In this document: piece after piece, positions 24,738-31,135 of the stretch
How positions within the stretch are numbered: the first letter of the stretch is position 1
How the letters are laid out: every line of letters begins with the position of its first letter
Source of the DNA: a virus
Taxonomy: Duplodnaviria; Caudoviricetes
DNA length: 31,135 nt
Reading direction: 5' to 3' (one strand)
IMG/VR virus record: IMGVR_UViG_3300020044_001237
Coordinates: 1-31,135 of that record
Made by a program: the position numbers and the translations under genes
Notes under the pieces: generated by a model
What the model saw: the letters and a program-made list of their open reading frames with translations, nothing else
Database searches by the model: none
What the model was told of the DNA's origin: nothing

Positions 24738-25643
24738 TTAAGACCCATAGCCAGTATCGGGAATATTTGCCCAACCGATAAGAACCGCGCTAGGTTGTGG
24801 GGCAAACGACAATGTAGCAGAACCCTTGTCATTGGCTTTGGCAACCGATAAATAACGCTGGTAATCTTGTTGCAACGCTGTTGTATCAAATGACTTAATT
24901 TGAAAGTATTTAAGCTTTGTTGCCAACACAATAATCGTGTCATCTAATACTGTTGTGTCTGTATCGGCTGTAAAACTGTTTTTTACATTGCCAGCGGCAT
25001 CTCTTACAAACCCTTTAGAACGATACTCAAATCCTAAATACTCTTGGGTATTGTATGGTGGCCAAATCTGAAATTCATTACCAAGAATACGCCAACGGAC
25101 ACGCGGCCCTGTTGAAATATAGCCTGATTTGAGCCATTGCCATTGTTGTGCGTCTACTGGGCCAAGCATCTGCCAATGCTTTGTCTTGTCCCAATGAGTA
25201 TTGTCTGTAATTGTTTCGTAGTCAGGCGGTAATGGGTAGATAGTCTTACTAAATGTAACCGAACCGCCAATAGATGTTGCAGAAGATAGCTGGGTAGTTG
25301 TTAAGCTAGTTGAATCAATTACATTGTCAACATAGGTATTTTGTGGAACGCTTGTACCAACAATAGAGTAAGTGCTATCCAGCCCCGCGGTACTAGGAAT
25401 GTTATTTAATAAGTAAGTACCATTCGTAGTGTCGCAGGTCGTGGTTATTGCGTTTGTATAAAAGCGATACTCTAGCTCTAATGCCTGCCAATCATGCTCC
25501 TTAACCAAATCGTACCCTGCACGGTTCATTAACGCAAGAATTTGTTGCACATCTTGGCTAGTGTTACCAGCTACAAATGTAGGTACGGCTAGGTTTAATT
25601 CGGCAGTTACTTGCTGAACTAATTGGAGCAGATTGTATGACAT
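24738..25643 (-). CDS. Head-tail adaptor protein
   Basis: LLQLVQQV..EL...ILALMNRAG.DL...DWQAL; synteny upstream of the nozzle. Confidence 0.78.
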   Translation of the reverse strand: MSYNLLQLVQQVTAELNLAVPTFVAGNTSQDVQQILALMNRAGYDLVKEHDWQALELEYRFYTNAITTTCDTTNGTYLLNNIPSTAGLDSTYSIVGTSVPQNTYVDNVIDSTSLTTTQLSSATSIGGSVTFSKTIYPLPPDYETITDNTHWDKTKHWQMLGPVDAQQWQWLKSGYISTGPRVRWRILGNEFQIWPPYNTQEYLGFEYRSKGFVRDAAGNVKNSFTADTDTTVLDDTIIVLATKLKYFQIKSFDTTALQQDYQRYLSVAKANDKGSATLSFAPQPSAVLIGWANIPDTGYGS

Positions 25644-25757
25644 ATTTATATCCTTTTACTTGGTATTTTTACCCAAGTAGTTGGGTTATAATGGTTCGGA
25701 ACAGAAGGCAGTTTGCGCTACCTTCGCCCCTAAACAACACAACTTATCGGAGTTGCT

Positions 25758-26258
25758 ATGTCTGAAGCTAATTTTACCCTAACAAAAGAGTATTTACATG
25801 AAATTTTTGAATATAAGGATGGACACCTTTATTACAAAATTCAAATTGGGCAAAGGGGAAAAATTGGTAAAAAAGTCGGATGTTTGACAAAAACGGGTTA
25901 TTTTTGTACTACAGTTAAAAAAAAACCATATTTGTTGCATCGTTTAATTTTTTTAATGTTTTATGGTTATTTGCCAGTACAAATAGACCATATAAACGGC
26001 AATAGAGCAGACAGTACCATTGAAAATTTGAGAGAAGCAGATAACACTAAAAATCAATGGAATGTAAAAATTAGAAAAGACAATACATCAGGCTATAAAA
26101 ATGTTAGTTGGGTTGAAAAAGATAAGCGTTTTAGAGTTGAAATTACTGTAAATAAAACTAAAAAATATTTAGGGTATTTTGCAGATTTAGAACTTGCCGA
26201 TCTCGTAGCCCATGAAGCAAGGGATTTGTATCACGGCAAGTTTGCTAGGCACAATTAA
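25758..26258 (+). mobile_element. Free-standing HNH-AP2 homing endonuclease on the PLUS strand (the ORF track says minus)
   Basis: Plus strand reads ATG TCT GAA GCT at 25758 and TAA at 26256-26258; HRLIF...IDHINGNRADSTIENLREA, NTSGYKNV and AP2-like YLGYF...A...HGKFA. Confidence 0.92.
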
Positions 26259-26905
26259 GCTTCTTCAACTTCTTTAATTTTTTTTGCTCTAGGCTTTTTT
26301 TCGCCTACTGCCGCTAAAATTGCCGCCATTTGATCTTGCATTTGAGCTAATTTTTGGTCAGTTTCAGCTTTCATTTTAGCAGTTTCTTGCTCCTTTTTGG
26401 CAAGTTCTTCTTTTAAAGCATTGATTTGGCTTTCACGCTTGTCAGTTTCTGCCGCATTTGTCGCTAAATTTAAAAATGCCTTTGCTTTATCGCGAAAAGC
26501 GTAGGGTGACATACCTGCCGCCATGCCCATACGCTGTAATTGCTGATCTGATGCGCCTGCAATAGCTTCTACGGTGTGAAACTTCATTGCCCGTAGTTCT
26601 TCTGCTTGGGATTTTGACACTAAAGGCCATTCTGAAACAGGTGTGCCGACTACTTCTTTGTCATTTGCGCCTACACGGTTCATATAGTTTGCCCATTGAA
26701 TAGGAAAACGCTGTCTGTGGCTTGCTAATGCGTATGTATCAATTTCGGTTAATGTATCGCCAGCTACACAAATATGGACAAAATCAAATTCTTTGAAAAT
26801 TGGCCTGCCAGCTTCTATTGATTCCTGTTCCTGCTGTACTGGTCGCTTGTAAAAGCGTACTTGTAAGCGTGAATCTGCTCCCTGCTCATCTGATGGTAAA
26901 GCCAT
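26255..26905 (-). CDS. Conserved structural-module hypothetical protein (216 aa)
   Basis: SD AAGGAG; GRPIF...GTPVSEWP...TVEAIA..SD motif and a coiled-coil tail. Confidence 0.7.
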   Translation of the reverse strand: MALPSDEQGADSRLQVRFYKRPVQQEQESIEAGRPIFKEFDFVHICVAGDTLTEIDTYALASHRQRFPIQWANYMNRVGANDKEVVGTPVSEWPLVSKSQAEELRAMKFHTVEAIAGASDQQLQRMGMAAGMSPYAFRDKAKAFLNLATNAAETDKRESQINALKEELAKKEQETAKMKAETDQKLAQMQDQMAAILAAVGEKKPRAKKIKEVEEA

Positions 26906-26943
26906 TTTTAAATCTCCTTAAGTGGTTAAGGTAAAAGTTAAAC

Positions 26944-26982
26944 AAAAAAAGGGCTACCCTTTTGAGGTAACCCTTCGTTTTT
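26944..26982 (-). terminator. Rho-independent terminator after the capsid/decoration genes (possibly bidirectional)
   Basis: Minus strand AAGGGTTACC-TCAAAAG-GGTAGCCCTT followed by a T-run. Confidence 0.85.
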
Positions 26983-26993
26983 ACTACAAATTA

Positions 26994-27302
26994 CTATCCA
27001 ACGCTAGCTTCGCTAAACCAAGCTACATCACCAGCTACCAAACCTGTAGTTGTGGATAAATATGATCCACCAGTTGCAGTTACCAAGAAGGTAGTTGCAT
27101 TAACTGTACATACGGCTGTGTTAGCGGCAATAGTTGCGTTAGCTTGTGCCAAAACATACAAACGACCATCAGAACCAAATACTTGAGTTCCAAGTGGGCC
27201 AATGGAAGGCACGGTTACGGTTGTTGCGCCAATAACTTGTGTAGTTGTTGGTACGATACTAACCAAATCAATGCCTGATAGGGGGGTTACTGAATATGCC
27301 AT
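26994..27302 (-). CDS. Putative capsid decoration/cement protein
   Basis: Directly after the MCP and before the terminator; PLGTQVFGSDG..YV.A.A. Confidence 0.7.
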   Translation of the reverse strand: MAYSVTPLSGIDLVSIVPTTTQVIGATTVTVPSIGPLGTQVFGSDGRLYVLAQANATIAANTAVCTVNATTFLVTATGGSYLSTTTGLVAGDVAWFSEASVG

Positions 27303-27344
27303 GATAATTTCCTTTATTAAGTTAAGTTGGGTTAATAGATACTA

Positions 27345-28325
27345 TTAAGTACCTGTCAACACGCCTTGTAGGAAGCTATTGGAGCAAGTTAAGTTACCAG
27401 CCCAGCCATAAAGCTTAACAATAGCGTCTTGGTTGATCGATTGACGCTCGCCACCGATAGGAACGAAGTTACGCTCTTTATGTGGGCGTAGGAAGATGTA
27501 ATTGGTGTTCAAGAAGTACATATACAATGCGTTTTCTTGTGCGCCATAACCACCGCCTAATACCACATCAGCAGACATACCACCACCGTAAAACTTAAGG
27601 GATGCAAAACCAGCCGCGCCTTCTTCAACACCAGCAATACGCTGGATAGCTTGCAAAGAAGCTACATAGCGTGAATACAAAGTGTTACCAGCAACAATTA
27701 AGTCAGTTTTGTCTGTGCCACGAACAGATTTGATAGCGGCACTAGTCATAGCGGCTTGAATCAATGCGGCAGAATCAGCACCTGAACTTGTTTGGTTGCG
27801 CCAAAAATCCCAGTTAGCACGGTTGATACCACCGTAAGTTCCTGATGTAGGTGAAGTAGCAATAGCGGCCGCTAGACCAGTAATGTTCTTACCACCGTTA
27901 CCTGTACCGTCACCGTAGATGTCAGTAGAAATACGGTTAAGCAAACGAGCTTCAGAAACTTGCATACGACCATCTAACAAGTCGATAATTGCTTCTTTAG
28001 AGCTGTTTTGCAACATTTCTAAACCACTCATTGTTACAGAATCAGCATATTGAGTAATGCTGAACTGTGCCGCAGAAATTGGGCTATCAGGAGTGATGTT
28101 CAATACTTCGTAGCCACTATAAGAGTTAGCGTTGTTAGTATTTGGGTCGTTGTACATGATTTCTTCCAAGATAACATTACCGCCTGAAAATGGGCGAACA
28201 TTACCTTTAGAATTTAATCGCTGAAGAATTGCATTGTTTTGTGTCAAGTTATCTGCCAATACTCCGCTACGACTTTGAATGGTAGTAGCGATAATATCGG
28301 TAATTGCGCTATTAGCGAATGCCAT
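27345..28325 (-). CDS. Major capsid protein
   Basis: MAFANSAITDIIATTIQSRSG.LADN; 326 aa; follows the scaffold gene; strong SD. Confidence 0.9.
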   Translation of the reverse strand: MAFANSAITDIIATTIQSRSGVLADNLTQNNAILQRLNSKGNVRPFSGGNVILEEIMYNDPNTNNANSYSGYEVLNITPDSPISAAQFSITQYADSVTMSGLEMLQNSSKEAIIDLLDGRMQVSEARLLNRISTDIYGDGTGNGGKNITGLAAAIATSPTSGTYGGINRANWDFWRNQTSSGADSAALIQAAMTSAAIKSVRGTDKTDLIVAGNTLYSRYVASLQAIQRIAGVEEGAAGFASLKFYGGGMSADVVLGGGYGAQENALYMYFLNTNYIFLRPHKERNFVPIGGERQSINQDAIVKLYGWAGNLTCSNSFLQGVLTGT

Positions 28326-28348
28326 GATATTTCCTTTATTAAATTAAG

Positions 28349-29464
28349 TTAAACCCGACCACTCTCGGCTTCGGCTAATTGAGCCATCAGCATAGAGCGT
28401 CTATCCTTTGCTTCTGCCTTCGACACTTGACCGCTAGGTGTAACGGATCGTGGACTAACAGCAGTTGCTTTAGCTTTAGCTACTTGTTGTGCTTTAGATG
28501 CTTGATTACTTGCCGATTTCAGGAGTTTGTCCTGTTCTAGTTTGTAAGCTTCATCGTTCATACGCACAGCTTTTGCATAAGCCGATTCAAGGTCTTGGGC
28601 TAAACCTCGCTCAAGTAGTTGAGCCATATCTTCCCTAACCATGTCAAAGTGCGGAAACCGCGCTCTGTCACTACTAACTCGACTGATTTCATTGGTCAAT
28701 CGAGCATTTTCCTCTTGCTCCCGAATCGCTGACAGTTGCTGAACTTGTTGCTGTGTAGCTTGAAGTTGTTGCATTAACTGTTGTTGATAAGGGTCTACAT
28801 ACGCCTGTTCAGGAGTTTGTATTGCATTTTGATCCAATTGTATTCCATAATCTTGTGCAAGTCTATGAAACATCTGCACTTTTTCTTGGTATGGTGCTTT
28901 GGTCAAAATCATGTGGGCGCGACCAAGATTATTAATCCAAGCTACTGGGTGGATTCCTTGTTGTTGCAGTTCAGGAACAAACGGGCCAATGGCTTGGGTT
29001 AATTGTCTTGCGTTATCAGCTTCTGCTTTGTAAGCAGATACACCGCGCTTGTATTCTGCTTCGCGTTGGTTGGCATATTCAGCAAACTTAACAAACTCTT
29101 GTTCGTTTAACGGCTTGCCATCCTTCATCTTTTCCCAAACTTCTACATACTCTTTTTTCCATGTAGTTGGGCGCGTTGGACTTACATCTGCTTCAGTTTT
29201 AGAACTATTTTCTGCCACCAGTTCAGGTTCTTCAGAACTATCTTGATTGGTGCTATCGCTGGTGTCGTTACTTTTTTGGGCCTTGAAGCGACCTTTTTCG
29301 TCACGGTCGTTGCTTTCTTCAGGACTGGCTTCTTGCTTGCTTTCGGCTTGGATTGGATCGTCATTTACTTCTATCTCCTTTTCAACGGGGGCTTCAAGTG
29401 TTCCTTCTTCGGCTTGTTCAAATGCGGCATCTAACATATCTCTGCGGTCTAATTCTTCACTCAT
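28349..29464 (-). CDS. Capsid scaffolding protein
   Basis: Acidic N-terminus with RDEKGRF, Q-rich coiled coil; immediately upstream of the MCP. Confidence 0.82.
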   Translation of the reverse strand: MSEELDRRDMLDAAFEQAEEGTLEAPVEKEIEVNDDPIQAESKQEASPEESNDRDEKGRFKAQKSNDTSDSTNQDSSEEPELVAENSSKTEADVSPTRPTTWKKEYVEVWEKMKDGKPLNEQEFVKFAEYANQREAEYKRGVSAYKAEADNARQLTQAIGPFVPELQQQGIHPVAWINNLGRAHMILTKAPYQEKVQMFHRLAQDYGIQLDQNAIQTPEQAYVDPYQQQLMQQLQATQQQVQQLSAIREQEENARLTNEISRVSSDRARFPHFDMVREDMAQLLERGLAQDLESAYAKAVRMNDEAYKLEQDKLLKSASNQASKAQQVAKAKATAVSPRSVTPSGQVSKAEAKDRRSMLMAQLAEAESGRV

Positions 29465-29474
29465 TTAATGCTCC

Positions 29475-29864
29475 TTATCTTAATTTGGCGTAGGTTAGTT
29501 CCGCAATTTGACGCTTACGGGCTTCTTGATCTTTTTTTGAAATTTCATGCACTTTTTGTTGTGTCGGGACATCATTGCCCAATTCAATGCAATTGTTGCG
29601 TTTTAGGTTTTCGCGGTGTTTGGAACGAGAAGATACCCAAGTACCGTCAGCCATAGAAATATGGCCTTCAATGTCAGGCATAACCATAGGGGCTTGCCGC
29701 GTTTTCATTGCTAATTTGTCTTGCCAAGATGCTTTGGCGGCTTCTTCGCCAATAGTAGGTGTCCACCACTCTATAAAAAATTCTTCGTCAGACTTTTTAG
29801 CCTTAAGATGGTTGCCTTCGCTGTACCCGCAATTAGGGCAAATGGTTAATGTAGAAGTATTAAT
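29475..29864 (-). CDS. Phage protein (MPDI.G..S.ADG...SSRS.HRE.LKRN type) with an upstream CPNCG extension; start uncertain
   Basis: The ATG-29708 frame stays open to 29873; candidate ATT starts at 29864 or 29843. Confidence 0.55.
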   Translation of the reverse strand: MNTSTLTICPNCGYSEGNHLKAKKSDEEFFIEWWTPTIGEEAAKASWQDKLAMKTRQAPMVMPDIEGHISMADGTWVSSRSKHRENLKRNNCIELGNDVPTQQKVHEISKKDQEARKRQIAELTYAKLR

Positions 29865-30316
29865 ATGGATTCCTCATCGTCTAATTCCTCTAGGCGTTTG
29901 GCTTCCATATACCTCAATTGCTCTTGTATAAGAGTTTGCTGTTTTCTGTAAGCTACTGCCGCAAGGATGTTATCCCGTTGTTTTTCAAGGTAGCTTATAG
30001 ACCGTTGTAAATCTTCTGTTTCAGCTAACGGTATATCAGCTTTAACCTCTTGTTTTAATTGTACTTTAGATTGCTTAACCTTTGCAACAGGATCAATCAA
30101 ATCTTTAAATGCTTGCTTACGATTGGTATTTGCGTCTTTTGTTGCTTGTTCTAATCTGCGCTGTCTTTCCGCAATTTTTAGATGAATTTTTTGGATTCTT
30201 TTTAATTCTTCTTTAGTCCAATGGCCACCATCATCCCCACCTACGGGAGTAGGTGCAACATAAATCTGAAATGCGTTATTTTGAAACGCATTAACTTGAA
30301 AGGCAGTTTGAAACAT
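29846..30316 (-). CDS. Hypothetical protein (MFQTAFQ.NAFQ...DDEE.ILILL type)
   Basis: Coupled ORF; AFQ repeats and a coiled coil. Confidence 0.7.
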   Translation of the reverse strand: MFQTAFQVNAFQNNAFQIYVAPTPVGGDDGGHWTKEELKRIQKIHLKIAERQRRLEQATKDANTNRKQAFKDLIDPVAKVKQSKVQLKQEVKADIPLAETEDLQRSISYLEKQRDNILAAVAYRKQQTLIQEQLRYMEAKRLEELDDEESILILLH

Positions 30317-30525
30317 TACTCTACAATTACCTCAAGGGCTTTTTTAAGTCGCTCAATAAAGGCTTGTTTTCCAACATTAAGCTGGTCAATATTGAACTGT
30401 GCAGAGTTAATCTTACGGTCTAAATCAACGCAATGATTAAATAGTGCCTGTTGTTCCGTAGTTAAATCTTCGTACACATACTCTATTTCGTCGATAGTAA
30501 TGGGGGTCTTTTTATCTTGTCCCAT
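30316..30525 (-). CDS. Small coiled-coil protein (fibre-associated)
   Basis: SD AAGGAG; ITID..EY..EDLT.EQ. Confidence 0.65.
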   Translation of the reverse strand: MGQDKKTPITIDEIEYVYEDLTTEQQALFNHCVDLDRKINSAQFNIDQLNVGKQAFIERLKKALEVIVE

Positions 30526-30542
30526 GTAATTCTCCTTAAATT

Positions 30543-30564
30543 GTCACCAAAATAGGTTGGTGAC
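30543..30564. other. Perfect 8-bp intergenic hairpin
   Basis: GTCACCAA-AATAGG-TTGGTGAC. Confidence 0.6.
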
Positions 30565-30570
30565 TTGCCT

Positions 30571-30894
30571 TTATGCCCAAGGTAAGGGCGTATTTTGTGG
30601 GCTAACTGGTGGGTTAATTTGACTGTCAATTTGACCTTGCACATTAGCTTCATAATTAGAAATACCTGTTTCGCCTAATGAATCTTGTACCCAACCAATA
30701 ACAATTTCTTCGGTTAATTGGTCATAAGGAATAAAGGTAGAACCCTGTTGGCTTGTAAAGATAGTGTTGCCACCAATAGAAGCTATGTATTGACCATCAA
30801 CTCCCGTCAGTTTCCAAATAGCATTTACTACATAATCAGGGTCAGGCTGACTTACTGTGTATAAAGCTGTTATTGCCCATGTGTAATTAGTCAT
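30571..30894 (-). CDS. Putative fibre assembly chaperone-like protein
   Basis: YTW.I...FIPYDQLTEE.VIGWV...PLPW pattern, typical downstream of fibre genes. Confidence 0.65.
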   Translation of the reverse strand: MTNYTWAITALYTVSQPDPDYVVNAIWKLTGVDGQYIASIGGNTIFTSQQGSTFIPYDQLTEEIVIGWVQDSLGETGISNYEANVQGQIDSQINPPVSPQNTPLPWA

Positions 30895-30896
30895 AA

Positions 30897-31135
30897 TTAA
30901 GCATCCTCTGAACCAGCGTAGTCACTAAAGGTCTTTAGGACTTCATAGATTGCAGGAATTAAATCGCCCTTTAAATCCTCAATAGCAATGTAGTGAGCAT
31001 TTTCTTTGACAGTAGCCATATTGCCATGCCGAGCATCTTCATTAAAATGAATAGCTACTTGCACTTGGATTTGGTCTTTAGTGCCAGAAAAGTGAGTAAT
31101 GCGAGCATAAGCCTCTGGTGCTGGAAACCCAACTT
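30897..31135 (-). CDS. Partial ORF, fibre-associated hypothetical protein (5' end outside the window)
   Basis: ...GFPAPEAYARITHF...IYEVLKTFSDYAGSEDA*. Confidence 0.6.
   Translation of the reverse strand, partial: VGFPAPEAYARITHFSGTKDQIQVQVAIHFNEDARHGNMATVKENAHYIAIEDLKGDLIPAIYEVLKTFSDYAGSEDA

Noticed and set aside
25644-26258. Group I intron around the HNH gene
   Set aside because: Flanking genes are intact, the HNH is antisense, and there is no room for an intron core
1-31135. tRNA, rRNA, CRISPR arrays, stop-codon reassignment
   Set aside because: None seen by eye; long genes translate intact in the standard code with all three stops used

Overview
Most of the genome of a short-tailed (podovirus-type, P22/BPP-1-like virion module) dsDNA bacteriophage, apparently circularly permuted. 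The minus strand carries fibre-chaperone-like genes, scaffold, major capsid, decoration, adaptor, nozzle, GNAT, three ejection proteins, tail fibre, cupin and lysis genes (31135->14306). It also carries a Cro-like regulator, a structured non-coding region, a truncated replication module, nucleases, TerS, TerL and a portal that runs off position 1. The plus strand carries the early genes (SSB-like, exonuclease, small ORFs) and three inverted inserts: a 52-aa acidic ORF, a metallophosphoesterase + HExxH pair, and an HNH-AP2 endonuclease that the ORF track labels on the wrong strand. No integrase, CI, helicase, primase or polymerase was seen. The best novelty candidate is the replication locus. 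Where a lambda-O-like initiator gene would follow cro there is instead about 370 nt of highly structured minus-strand RNA: a C4/CI-like bulged hairpin, then a multi-stem element with UUCG and GNRA tetraloops and a pseudoknot. Only the C-terminal initiator domain remains, as a stand-alone ORF. Other candidates are a possible virion effector with a convergent acidic immunity gene, a 36-aa amphipathic mini-gene with a PhaR-box-like operator, and a pseudoknotted RNA after the exonuclease. All assignments are by eye; no searches or folding programs were run.
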